Below are positions 37,408 to 51,100 of a stretch of DNA of 64,000 nucleotides, piece by piece. The notes below the pieces were generated by a model. That model did not search any database and was not told the DNA's origin. It worked only from the letters and a program-made list of their open reading frames with translations. The DNA is taken from assembly GCA_051362555.1 (NCBI GenBank), contig CM120649.1, positions 62,001-126,000 of the forward strand. Reading direction: 5' to 3'. The position numbers and the translations under genes are program-made. Numbering within the stretch: position 1 is the first letter of the stretch; each line of letters opens with the position of its first letter. The stretch comes from Lingula anatina. Taxonomy: Eukaryota; Animalia; Brachiopoda.

Positions 37408-39879
37408 CGTAAAGCTTCTGTTACTCCTGGTTGGCGATTGCTAGAAAAACTAATTTTCGAGCACATTCACCCCTTTCAAAGTTGGCGCATTAACAATATT
37501 TGACAGTCAACATCAAATTCTTACATCCTTGTTAGTTAAATTTTAATATTGCAAACCTTTCTTTTGTTACATGTAAATGTAGCCCTCTTAAGTCCAAGAA
37601 AATTGAACTGTTTTAAACCGGGACACACACGTATTAGGCCACTTAAATATGATAAACAAATGCCTTGTGAATTGGTCACAAATGTGAATCACTTTGGGTC
37701 TGAAACACGGCAAAATTTGTTGTCCTGAAAAAAAAAACAACTTTTTCTCTTTTGTGAAACATGCCCCCCCCCCCCCCCCCACCGCCCGCCCGCCCGGTAG
37801 TGGCTACATGGTTCCTGACAACCTGAGAGGCATTATACGCTGAAGTGTGGATTAATAACCAACTCACAGGTAACTTATACTCGATAGATAAGCATTTGGC
37901 TGATTCTAGCATTGTGGGCGAGTACATTCATATAAATAGGTTTGGATCTACTTTGTTTGCTCTTTATTTTGAAAATTCATGTTGATTTAAGGTATCATTT
38001 CAACCGCATTCTTATTCCTGTTGTTTTACAAATTTGACACGGGAAGAGAGAGAAAGTACGTGTGCGTGTGTATTACAGCTATAGTATGAAATGCAACACG
38101 GTGGAAAAACGAAAACATAATCCTCGGTTTCCTCACAAGAGGTCGTTTTCTTACACGTTGCATACCTCTCATAATATCACGTTTTCCACCTTGTTTGTCT
38201 TTTATCTGAAAAAGTTCACACGTTTCATTTATGATGATTACCATTTATCCAGTTCTTGAACAGATAAGTCAGTGTGGCTATGTCTGGTGATCAGGATATT
38301 GCCTCAATTTTTTATGTTACATTTGAGTGTGTTTTGACCTGCACACATTGGAAAAGAAACAAATTCTGACTTTCGCTCTCCTTCTTAAATAATATGTAAT
38401 ATAAGCTCTCTGTGAAGCGGGTTTTGATATTATTTTCGATAATCGGAACAATGTACACAAATAGGGTTTCCAGTTTTCAAACCCTTGCTCCGACATGTCA
38501 CCTTATTAGAATTGTATTCTATTCTTGTACCCACAACATCCAAATGTAATTTTTTTCCCGATGAAATATCAAAGCCATAGTACAAACAATTATCATCGAT
38601 ATCACAGATAGCTTCAGATAGCTTCATTTTGTCACAAAACAACGCCTATTCCTATTGTGGCTAATCCAACATGCGAAAAGAATTTTTTCTAGGGGTTCAA
38701 AAATCCACCACAACCTGTGGATAGGGTATGTTTGTAATAGGTGTAATTAATAGTAAGGCTAAATGTCCCTAGGGGGATAACTATAAAGATAAATATTGTT
38801 TCACTGGATACTATTATTCCAAACATTTGTCATGTAACCCCGGGGACAGTTCCGTCACGCTGTATCACAACACAAAAGCAGAGATCTGACCCCGCCCGGG
38901 GCTGGTAACATAACACTCAGCACTCGGATACAACGAAAGCCTAAATCCCGCCCCAGATAAAAAGAAATATAATCGCAATTTTCTGCTTCGGCACCTCTGC
39001 GTTTGTAAAAAGGGTGACAATTTGTCAACCACGCACCGGGTTTGAAAACATTCATTTCGTTCGATCATAAATCAAATGAAGTGATTTCAGCGAGTATTAA
39101 CCCGACATTTTTCCTTAGAAGGCCAGATACAGTCCTGCGGATTCAACATTGTAAAAAAGGAAATTATATGTCCTGATAGCGACATAATCGGAGTGTGATA
39201 ACAATATTTCATGCACCAAGCGTAAACTTAATTATACAAAGAAACCATGGCAACCAAGCGTCACGTGCTATAGATCGCGTGCACCAACGTCACTATCGGG
39301 GGCTGAAATACTTGTTGATGTTCCTTTCTAAAGTAACCAGCATTAAACTTTATAAAACGGACAAAATGACTGCCCATTTTCAGATATTTCCCATCCAACT
39401 CGATTTAAATTTCATTTGGTCTTTTCTCACGTTTCTTAACCTTTAATTTGTTGATGACGCTCCAGTAAATTGCTTCATTCACTGGATACAAATGTCACCA
39501 CCAACCAGTGAATTACCTATCGTCATGCGCAGTAGAACTATACACAAGAAACAAATTTTGAAATGTTTTTGTTTTTTGCCATCAGAAAAAAATTAATACA
39601 AAAGGATTGTGCACATAATTTCAGTATTATATGAGAACTAGGATTGCCTAAGGTAGTAGGCACTATCATGTCTTCATGGTTTGACTGTCTGGTCCATATT
39701 CATACGCCAGAGTAATTGCTTTTCTCTCAAACTGAAACTCGGATAGTTATTTCCTCGTTCCGCGGTAGAGAAAAGTGCTATCTGAGAGTTCTCAATGTTA
39801 TTTTTCGTGAAATAAAATTTTCAACTACACATTTAAAAGTAGTTTTATGATTAAATGAAAATGATAAAGGTGCACTTAC

Positions 39880-41423
39880 CCAGTTTTTGCAAAATTCACC
39901 CAATATTCCATTATTTGTTTGCTAAGTTCCCTTTCTTTTTCAGAGTATTTTAAAGCAGGATTCAGGGGCTCTCCAAACACATAATTCACTTCATCCGCGT
40001 GCATGACACCCATCCATCTTGGCCAGGGATTCTGGGAAGACCGATGTGAGAAAAAATAATAGTAGACATCCTGGCCCGCTTCTACATACGAATCCGCGAA
40101 TTCATTCACTTGACAGAGAAAATGCCAGTCCCCAATAGCATCATTCACGGCGTCCAGATGTTTATACGCATCGTCCGGGTTAAGCCAATGTGTATATTGG
40201 AACTTAATAGCCTCCAAACCGAATTTGTTGATCGTCGTTCGAAACTGAGGGTAGAAATAGAATAGATTATTTACGGCATTTGAAAATTGCTCTTGAGTCA
40301 GTGCCCCACGTTCCGTTAGGTTGAGATACTGTGGAAGCTCATAGATAGTGAAATACGAACCCTCGTCCGAATTACTCCCCAGCAGAACTGGGCAGTGTTT
40401 GAAGTTTTTATCTTCTAGAGACTTTTGCGGCCTTTCAGTGAAGAAAGTGCCATCTACAATAGGGACAAAGGGAAACTGCATTGGTCCTGTGGTGACCCAT
40501 TCCATGTCCTTGAAATGTTCAGCTGGTGCCTGCCTTAGACATTCAACAATTTCTTTGATATCACTAGAAACCTTGCAGTCCATAAGATCTGCAAGTTGTA
40601 GACCCCTTAACATAGCCTCTTTGCTGGAGTATGTAGCCCAATCCATATTCGCCGAACCGCTTTCCATGATAGCGCGACTGAACTTCCCGCGACTCAGTGG
40701 TGACAGCAGGTGCATGCTCACGCTCACTGCTCCAGCGCTTTCACCAAACAGTGTCACGTTCCTTGGATCTCCCCCAAAATGGTGAATATTTTCCTGAATC
40801 CAAGACAAAGCAAGAAGTTGGTCAAAGAGGCCAGCGTTTCCTGGCGCCTCCGGGTGACCAAAAGCCAAGAAGCCTAGAGATCCTACTCTGTATTGCATAG
40901 TAACATATATAATATCATGTTCAGCTACTAGGTACTTTGGATCATAAACGTCTAGAGTATAGGTACCGCTGTAAAAACCACCACCAAAGATCCAAACAAG
41001 CACAGCTAGATTCCTCCTCGGTGTTTTAGTCCTGGGGGCCCACACACTCAAATACAAGCAGTCCTCACTCACAGGGGTATTGGGATTCCACATCTGTGAC
41101 CCGGTAAAATTTCCAAACGTGTTATCCTCCCCTTGCATACACGTGTTCGCATGTTTTGTCGCGTTTAAAATCCCAGTCCAGGGTTTATTGGGCGTGGGGT
41201 GTTTAAACCTCAGGTCCCCCACTGGGGGTTCAGCGAAGGGGATCCCAAGGTACATATCTATTGTCTTGCCGTTGACGACGGTCTCAGTTCCCCTGAGGGT
41301 CCCCTTTTCTGTCCGTATTAGTCTGTTCCCTGAGGTAATAGAGGGGGAGAGGGAGAAGAGGAGAAAGAGGAGGGCGCCCAGTCTGTAGAGTAGAGTTGTC
41401 ATCATTGTCACCGTCTTCATCAT
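39880..41423 (-). CDS. ACHE: Acetylcholinesterase first coding exon (signal peptide plus most of the catalytic domain)
   Basis: Acceptor TCTTCCAG| at 41444 and Kozak-like GCGGCCATG, then a signal peptide. Motifs: GIPFAEPP, SEDCLYL, oxyanion GGGFYSG, catalytic GESAG / DEGSYF / GVMHADE, choline-site W (QMWNPN) and peripheral-site W (EWV). It ends FAKTG with donor GG|GTAAGT (GTAAG at 39879-39875). Confidence 0.97.
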
Positions 41424-41596
41424 GGCCGCCTTGACGTCAAGAAACTGGAAGATAAGAGTATGAAAGTTGAATTACGGCGACAATTAAGATACAAATACAA
41501 TTAAAAGAACCATTCGAATAGGTATATTGTTTTAAATGGAGAAATACATGAATCAAAACACCATAGGGATGCAATACTGCCCCTGCCCCTTTCCAA

Positions 41597-41776
41597 ATGA
41601 GCCCTAACCCCCTTGTTTGCAGCATTCTGGACTCGCCAGTATATGAGCCCTAACCCTCTTGTTAGCAGCATTCTGGACTCGCCAGTATATGAGCCCTAAC
41701 CCCCTTGTTAGCAGCATTCTGGACTCGCCAGTATATGAGCCCCACCCCCCTTGTTAGCAGCATTCTGGACTCGCCA
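41597..41776. repeat. 46-bp tandem repeat x4
   Basis: ATGAGCCCTAACCCCCTTGTTAGCAGCATTCTGGACTCGCCAGTAT starting at 41597, 41643, 41689 and 41735. Confidence 0.95.
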
Positions 41777-43832
41777 ACGACACCGACCTAAAACATGAAA
41801 TGTTAAAGCAACAGACGAACAGAGATTGTTTGCTATCTTACTGCGAGTTTAAAAATATAATCAGAACATCTTCTTAGGTATGCTCTGCAGCCAGTTAGCC
41901 TGCAGACTGCCAAGTGATTGCATTTTTATTTTTTAAAAAATAAGAATTGAATAAAAAGAATAAAAAAAAAAATTAGGGCCAAAACAATGCAAATGAAGGT
42001 TGAGAAAAGATAGCGCCAGGGCTCATGAAGTTGTTCTTTTTACAATGACCGAGCATTAGTAAACGACTACAGTCAGTGAACAGCTCGTGACCCCTGCTGT
42101 ATTAACAAGTCCCGGAACGAAAGCAAACATATTTACAGAATGCATTAAATCTTCAAATATTTAAGAGACGTGCTGGGGTAACATTGGAAGTAGCAAAACC
42201 GTATAATTTACCCTAGCTGAGATCATAAGAACTATTGCCTACAATACAATACGTATAATGACCTGGTTAGTTAATCAGGTAAATGAAGCACCTTGGAGGC
42301 ATTGAGCCTCAGGTTTTATACCAAGACACTGTTAATAACACACGCGTATTGTGATATACAACCTGACTGTGCACATTATGTTGCAATCAATAAATCACAA
42401 CTATAAACATTTCATGCACTTAAATTACTTGGTCTTGTAGATTTACTACCACACAAGATTGTTTATCGAGGCAATCCCCCGTCTTTCGCACCTTTTTACC
42501 TCTTCTGCTGTAACTTTTCAATAAATTATAGCAGAAGAAAGGAAAATCGAAATAAAAACCTCTACCATGGCAAAAATTTAATGAGTTGTCACAAATATCT
42601 GTAACGAATCCAAATATTTTACTCTTGTTTTTAATCATATAAGGATTAGGGAGTAAAACACGGTATTGGATTACCGCAATTACTGCAATTTGCCCATAAA
42701 TGCCCACTTCCCCCGAATAAAAGTCATGTTTTTAAAAAAGTTATATGAACATAATGATGTTTGATAATGCTCATTAAAAGTCGAATTGCTGTTGGATAAA
42801 ATTGGCTTGGTAATGGTGGGACGAAAGTCTGGTCTGAATAATATGTAGTATTCATCTTTGCATAATAATCATGTCACCCTTATTTAACTATAAACAGGAC
42901 AAAAATGTTTGCTTTGTTCATTTGTAAAATGATTCTTATTCCTTCATTTCGCAGGTTTTACGGTGATTATTGCCATGGATTACAAACGAAGAATAAAGCA
43001 GGGGAGAGGTTGAGACAAGAGCCTGGTTTTCGGATTTAAGCCCAAAAAGTTTTGCGTTAAACCAGGTGCAAACACGACCAGAGTGACGTGTCTGGTAATT
43101 CTTTGGCAGAGCAACTGGGAGATGTTCCAACACTCCTGATCTCGTGAACCACCGGCGTTGAAAACCTAACCGCTCACCATCGCGAAGACGTCCGCTTAGG
43201 TAGCGGAACCGGGTTATGAGCGGTAATCGTGCCATTTTGTTTATTGCCCGTGAAGAAAGCGGTGAAAGCCTAAGGTGTCGACAAAGAGGCTGGCGGTGAG
43301 AACAACTCTGCCATGAGATTTTATGATGGTTTTCGTGTTAAAGATATTTGTATGTTTTTTTTTTCTTTTTGAGCAAAGGGCGGCAACTGTTAAGTTAAAT
43401 TGTTCGCTGCTAGTGCGAAATGCCACGTGGAAGGAACTGCGCTTTCTCAATTACCAATGAACGTGGGGTGAAGAGAATCTACTTGCATGTTAGCAATTGT
43501 CGTTTGGCAGTCTTGCACGATTATTTGCGTTAATCTAGGCCCATCTTCAATAATTGTCATATCTCTCAAAAGATTTTCTTGGGTGTTCATACTAATCAAA
43601 TTATTTTGCGTGTACCATTCACATAACTGAATTTTCAGGTGACTCCCTCTTGCCTCATTCCATTCACTGGACAAAGCAAAATTATATCTTTTCATTTTTC
43701 CTTTGGATTATGGAATTTTTAATAATGATATATAGTAAGTTCCTGTTCTAAATTAAAATCACGTGCACAATCCAAGATTCGAACAGCCAACCTCTCGAAG
43801 TGGTACGCATTATATACTCTGAGAAATAAGGC

Positions 43833-43914
43833 CCACGTGGTATGTTACTTTGACGTCATACATTGTACCTAAAAAGATTACGTCAGAGGGGAATGACATT
43901 TTACTGTGACGTCA
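43833..43914. promoter_or_regulatory. Cluster of CRE-like sites and an E-box upstream of the AChE first coding exon
   Basis: CACGTG (~43834), TGACGTCA at 43851-43858 and 43907-43914, and TTACGTCA at 43878-43885. Function is unproven. Confidence 0.35.
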
Positions 43915-46703
43915 TATTTAGATTTTCCTTCTCTAGCCAACCATTATCACTGTGTTTCCACTCCACTTGTTGTATTTTGCTACCTCTATACTACCCTTTA
44001 CTGAGCGAATAAAAAAAGAAAATGTTGCACCACCAGACACTTCTGGCTTGTTGTGTTTTCAACCAAAATAGATCAATGGGGGTATATTTAGAGGCTTGTT
44101 TCGTGCATAATGTAAATATTTCAGCAACATCTGTTCATAAGTCCTTTTTTTCATCGTCCATCCTCTTCACCCTAACATTCTCACATATGAAGCCTCGGGC
44201 AATAGACAATATTGCTGCAGACCCCGTACATTTTTGGTTACACATTCCACAAAAAGGCACATGTGTTTGCCGCGTGTTCTTGACATTTCCGAACTTAATA
44301 ACCGACCACCGTATCGACATGATCTAAAAATGCTACCTCCAGTTAAAACCCTATTTAAAAATGGCATTACATAAATAGTCGATGATAAGGGGTTTTTTTA
44401 GTGAAATTCCCATTAAAGTTGTTAAATGTATGATGTCACAACAAGTGTCACCTTTCTTTGGAAAGACCTGTCGATAGAAGAAAAGGGTCAAAACGTACGC
44501 CGATACACTTAGAATTCAAGTTTTGTGTGACATCCCAAAATTCTGAAACAGAATGAATTGGTCAGTTAATGAGAAGTCAACGGTCATTGGAAACTCGGAG
44601 CACACCTGCCTTCACATACCTGCGACCCAGTGCGTTAACCGCCATTGATAACCTTTAAGCTATGGGGGACCGCTAGGTCAGCATGCTGCTGGGCTTTAAA
44701 CGCGTGAATTGCTGCTCGGTCGTCTGGTGACTAAGATACGAACCGGTTCGGGTCAAAGTCTGTGTATAGACCCAGCTTGATATTCAAGTCAGAACTGTTA
44801 TCGCGGTAACTTCCTTATTAGTCTGATACATAACCGCAAATGTAATGAAGAGCTAGCGGCAAATGAGGCATGGTCAAAAAGCTCTATAGCCACAAGGAAC
44901 TAATGCAAGGTCAGCACTTTTATTTGAAGATACACATTTTATTCCTCCAAGCAGTTCGAGATCTTTTATGTGTATCTGCAAAGAGCATTGTTTGGTTCAC
45001 CAGTGACATATGTAATGACTTCTAGTAACGAATGTATTCAATGCACCACAAGATTATGAATACAGAAAAAAGATTTTTTTTAAAATATGTATTAACTTTA
45101 AAAAGGTTTCTTAGTTTTCTGTTCTACTTTGTCAAATCTCGATTGTTAGTTTTATATGAGAATTTTGTTGAAACCCCCCCAAAACCGATAAAGTATTTTT
45201 GATTCCAGTATCATGCACGGTTCGCAACAGTTACTACTTAACAAATTTCTCAGCTGCCGGTTTTAGAGTACTTCCTTCATAATTTCACCTGAGATCTACC
45301 AATCAGCACCATTAATGAAGGTGAGGTCACGTCCATAAACCAGAGCCTCTCCAGCCTCTTGACCTCAAGTGTCTGCACTTCAAGAACATCTAAGTATCAC
45401 AACAACTCCGACGGGACGCCAAAACAAAGTGGTAACATTGTTCAACCGCACGCACCTGCTGGCGAACAAGATGGACCGTTTGAGACCGTCTAAGACACAG
45501 CCTTGGTTCTGGTTCAAGCTGATGATAAATATGATGATCTGTTTATAATACCAGGAAAAGATATGAAAGTTTATAACATTGGAATGAAATAACCTTGCAA
45601 ATGAAGCAGGTAGCGTCACATATAGGGTGTTGATTCACTGACCGTGTTTAAAGACATTCGTTTCAATCGTTGTGAGAAATTATTATTTTTTGTATTATTC
45701 TTATTCTGCCCTCTAAGGACGATTTATAAGATGTTTTGCACATAAGCAAATGACAACTAAAAGGCACATTATATTAGCGTCGCGACCTTTTTGGTGTGAA
45801 ACAAGCAAACTGTTGAGTTATGAAATAAAAGATTGGGCATTCCACGCCAAACATTCGCCTGCTTTGCCTGAATTAACGCGGTCTGGTATCTAGTACATTA
45901 GATTGTTTTCAGTGTACAAAAAATGTACGTGGATCATCTCGAACAAGGAAGTTACGGCCACATTTGATCCGTCCAACAGCTACACTTTTAGTTTGCGGTA
46001 TCCAACACCTGTTTACTGCTTAAGATAAATCAGACAACGCTTTCTTTTCAGATGATTAAATATCTGCGTCATATTTTGTCCGTGATTTGAGGTAGATAAT
46101 TCCCATCTCCTTGCGCGGTAATATGTCCAGTAAAATAGATTTGTACTATGGATACTCACTACAATATGGATATGTTACTGCAGGTAACGGATATGTATCC
46201 TGACTGGAGGTAATCACTTAGTGTACCTGTACCAGCACTAATCTGTGATGTAACAGAGTTAAATGAAAAGCAAGATTTTAAAATAAATTTCATTTTAATC
46301 TCGTCACTACCTTGTACCTCAATAAAAATGTCTTTTTTCAAAGGTGAAAACGAAGTTATGCGTTCATTTTCACCTCGCACAGCATTTGTGATATGCTCTA
46401 AAATAGTTCTACTTCGGCCTGATTCCCTTTCAGCACAGGAAAGGAGAAATCTATCCCTGATCGGTATAAAGCGATAACTCGCCTAACCACCGAGTTAGAT
46501 TTTCCTAACCAAGAAAACAATGGCTCCTGGTTGTGCTAGGACGTCTGATAATGAGATAGAGGCCGTTCACTGAGGTCACGCTCTCCCCTGCTGTCTACCA
46601 ATGATCGTGACACTATTTTTTCTTTCTCTTTTGTGCCTTTTGCTTTGGTGGGTTACATGAACTTTTGGGGTATAAGAGCAAGTTAGCATTATCTGACAGC
46701 AGT

Positions 46704-47627
46704 TTTTAAGTCCTATGTATTAATTGTGTATTTAAATCCTATGTATTAATTATGTATTTAAATCCTATGTATTAATTATGTATTTAAATCCTATGTATTA
46801 ATTGTGTATTTAAATCCTATGTATTAATTGTGTATTTAAGTCCTATGTATTAATTATGTATTTAAATCCTATGTATTAATTATGTATTTAAGTCCTATGT
46901 ATTAATTATGTATTTAAATCCTATGTATTAATTATGTATTTAAATCCTATGTATTAATTGTGTATTTAAGTCCTATGTATTAATTGTGTATTTAAGTCCT
47001 ATGTATTAATTATGTATTTAAGTCCTATGTATTAATTGTGTATTTAAGTCCTATGTATTAATTGTGTATTTAAGTCCTATGTATTAATTATGTATTTAAA
47101 TCCTATGTATTAATTGTGTATTTAAGTCCTATGTATTAATTATGTATTTAAGTCCTATGTATTAATTGTGTATTTAAGTCCTATGTATTAATTATGTATT
47201 TAAATCCTATGTATTAATTGTGTATTTAAGTCCTATGTATTAATTGTGTATTTAAGTCCTATGTATTAATTATGTATTTAAATCCTATGTATTAATTGTG
47301 TATTTAAGTCCTATGTATTAATTGTGTATTTAAGTCCTATGTATTAATTATGTATTTAAATCCTATGTATTAATTGTGTATTTAAATCCTATGTATTAAT
47401 TGTGTATTTAAATCCTATGTATTAATTGTGTATTTAAATCCTATGTATTAATTGTGTATTTAAATCCTATGTATTAATTGTGTATTTAAATCCTATGTAT
47501 TAATTGTGTATTTAAATCCTATGTATTAATTGTGTATTTAAATCCTATGTATTAATTATGTATTTAAATCCTATGTATTAATTATGTATTTAAATCCTAT
47601 GTATTAATTATGTATTTAAGTCCTATG
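46704..47627. repeat. 26-bp AT-rich minisatellite TTTAARTCCTATGTATTAATTRTGTA (~35 copies)
   Basis: Direct periodicity with two dimorphic positions. Confidence 0.97.
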
Positions 47628-47751
47628 CCTTTTCCTCCTCAGTTTCTATTAGAAAAAATATTTCTTTCCATCCTGATCTAGTACAAGTCATCTTTTCAGC
47701 TGCTCGTGAAGAAGTCACTTCTAATGTACGTTCTATGTATGAGCTGAATAG

Positions 47752-47787
<36 letters not shown>
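47752..47787. repeat. (ATT)n microsatellite
   Basis: Direct observation. Confidence 0.9.
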
Positions 47788-47788
<1 letters not shown>

Positions 47789-48080
47789 TCGTAAAGCAAC
47801 AGCTTTTCTCAGGCCCATGCGGTGTTGAAGGACAGGAGACACCAAGCGTTCGACAACCTCACATACTATCTTGATAAATTATCTTAAACTCTCAGCAAGA
47901 ATATCATTATCAAACAGCGGTGTTTTAACGTCAAACGGACACGTCGGTAGCTGCCTGGAGTTCAGCGGTACGATAGAGATTTAAGAACCAGTGACGCGGT
48001 TGGTTTTTACGTCTTAAGATGAAAATACCATCCCTGTTGATTCCTTTTTTTATCTCAGTGTTCAGTTAAGTAGGGCCTAT

Positions 48081-48083
<3 letters not shown>

Positions 48084-48144
<61 letters not shown>
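48084..48144. repeat. (CT)n(CA)n microsatellite
   Basis: Direct observation. Confidence 0.9.
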
Positions 48145-48147
<3 letters not shown>

Positions 48148-51100
48148 CTGCCCCCTCACTTCAGCAGTATCCTATGCCTGCCATAGCTCACGTCTCTGCG
48201 CATTTTTGTTATGTTTCATTTTTGCCCATGTGACTCTCGCATTGGAATCACCATGTTGTTTATCATGGGTGCAAACTCTCTTCTAAATTTACATTGAGAC
48301 AATGGCCAAGATATAAATTACGACAGTTTGGAAGTACCAACGTTTGGAGTTAATCAACTAAAAACCGACCGGGGCTCGGCGGCCCAAGAGATTGTCCCTG
48401 CAGAAGACGCAGGCTCGGTTATTCTTTGACGGTCAGGACCGAAGTATAACGGTGTCCTGTCACCCTGATATTGTGCCCTCGCTGATTTCAGGTCCCTGGT
48501 CATGATCGCGTGACTTTAATGTTTTTATTGCAAAGAAAACATCACGCTCCAAGCCACCCACCGAATGTGAATTACACCAGCTACCGCGAGAGTTATTGAA
48601 TATCACAACATTGGGAACTGTGCGTGAGAAAACAACAGAATACCATCTTTTTATACAATGTTTTGTAACTATTGGGGTCTGGAATCTGTTAATGTTTATG
48701 CAGATGTTGATAGTTTGTGTGTTATTTTTAAGAAAAAAGGAGGATAACTGGACATTTTCAGCAAAGATAAAATTTAGCACGCATCCAGACAAGTACATCA
48801 ACAAACGCACGTTTTTCTTTGGATTTTGAAGTGTACTTGATGATAACTGTGTCAATGTACCACATGGCTGTTTTACTAAATAAACCTTTGGTTTTACAAG
48901 CTTTGTATATTTTAATCATTTTGTATGGATAATACTGGCAACTGATTTTCTAAACCAGCCACTTCCAAGGACTATAGAAATAACATCGCGTTTTTTTCTT
49001 TTTTTTTTTTTTTCAAAAAAGTTTGCGTGTGAAGCATTGCACAGAAATTGCGCACATCACGCGTCAGTCTCGCTCTGTGAACACAGTAATTTATTAAGGA
49101 CATACTTCAGTGCGCGCTGGGGTGTGTTTGCACAGTTACGGTGGCCTCTAAATACCTCCTCAAATTACAACCAACATTGTATTGTGTTAAGGTGAATGGA
49201 TAGCATTTCTTCTAATAGTCAATCAACCGTGAACACCAATCCGAGTAGTTTGTTTGAGAGCTATGGTACCGAGGTTAAACAAAACTCAGTGAAATGAAAA
49301 ATCTGTTATCCTTTGCCGTTGGCAAAGAAGTGCTATTGCACTTAACTACAATTATTTTGGTTCTTTGTTCATTTTTTTTCCTTTCAGTCAGCAAAGTTGC
49401 AAAGTAATAACCTGTACGCGATTGCGGGGCGCTACATAAAGAGATTCACGAGAAGCTTTCTTTAAAGGCATACAATAGACATTAAGGCACTTATAGCAAA
49501 TAAGATTAAAACTGGAAACTTCACTTACTTCCCATTAACACCAAAGTGTGCCCTTTCCAATAATGTTGAACATAATTACTATTTATAAAACCGTTTTGGG
49601 GATCTCTACCTCTTTTATGAGAATGTCCCAAAAACAAAAACTCAATGATTCTTGGTCCCGCATTCACTAATAGTCAACATAACATTCTATAGATATAAAA
49701 ACTGTCATTGACGGCAGCAAACAACACGGCCTCCATGCGTTCTACCAAATACAATCACAAACAGTCACAATATTAATGTAGGCCTACGTAATAGTGTGTG
49801 AGGCAAGCTTTGACTTGTGTGTCAGCCCCAAGATTTGTGGTGTTTTGCTGTCCGCAGTTGTCCGTCCTGCAGCATTAGAAACCCTCAGTCGCTTCAAACT
49901 AGAAAACACAATCATACGCACCGGGGTGGTTCAACTTTAACCTCACTGTACTCGGAGACAGGAGACGATTTTCCTCGGGGAACTATTCGTCATTTGTCTT
50001 CTGGCTTGTATTGGGCTTATGTTAGAGCATGTGGATACACGTAAACTCTCCAAAGTACTGACACTGTTTTCTCTACTTTCGATAAAAATTCACGAAGATA
50101 GCAAAATGTTCATCATTCCATTATGAATAAGCATGTAATTGGGAGCAGTCTTTAATAACAACCATGCATTGCAAGTTGTAAAATGCCTATAATAACTTAC
50201 AGTTAGTCAAGAAATACAACATGTACACGTATTTGTTACTGGAGAAGACAACCATGAAATTGTACCTTCAAATAACAGATAAAATTTAAGTTATTACTAG
50301 TCATATTTTCAGTGTCTTACAATAAGTGTACTGGGGGGGGGGGGGGGGGGGGGGGGGAGAACTAACCGCACTGCGAGGTAGATGCTGTGTAACACCTGTA
50401 GCCTCATTCATAAAGGTGTCTCGGTCTACACTGACACACTAACTGGAAATAACTCTGAGTGCACAACACAGCTGATGAAATTGTTGGCTTGATTATCTAA
50501 ATAAAAAACGTGTATAACTACCTGCTGGTCAGCCGTTGGCGAGAACACGTGCGTCCCACCTGTAGACTCACTGTGTTTAAGGAAACGTTGTATGAGGTAG
50601 ACTGTCCCAGTGTCTAACTACGACCACTTCTACCGTCTACATATTTAGGTGTTTGTCCACGTCAAATGCCAACACTTGGCTCCCTAATATAGACACGTAC
50701 AGCACGAAGACGGACCCAGCTTTGCGTTAGAGTTTAGCTGCACTGCTTCCTTAGTAAACAAAAACATTTGTTCAGTCATCCAAACTAACAGTACACTATT
50801 TCAATCGGCCTTTTGATGCAGCGACCAACACAATGAAGCTAATCCGTGGCTTATTACGCTACTAACTGTCCCTTATTCAACGTGTACCTCTAATGATTTG
50901 TATTTACTCCAAGGCTGGTCCATAGCTGGAGGTCGATGTCAAATAAACACAGGTGATATTCAGTAACGTTAACCGCCAGCAAGAGAAGTTACCATCAACA
51001 GGTAACAATGTGGACAGGTGAACTGCAGGTAGTGTTATAGTGTTAACAGTACAGTCTGACTGGCAGATGGAATGTGTAGTCTCCTGAATAAACGACCATT

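Noticed and set aside
36548-37503. Overlapping 200-300-aa ORFs (QCGWYLLS, TEIVDTSH etc.)
   Set aside because: A 24-bp unit is open in several frames at once, the signature of a stop-free minisatellite.
39876-39879. Stop codon ending AChE at 515 aa, as in the ORF track
   Set aside because: The TAA is part of the GTAAGT splice donor; the protein continues at 33328.
45290-45493. Protein-looking + strand frame (EGEVTSINQSLSSLL...GPFETV*)
   Set aside because: Short, with a weak GAG acceptor, no recognisable homology and no partner exons.
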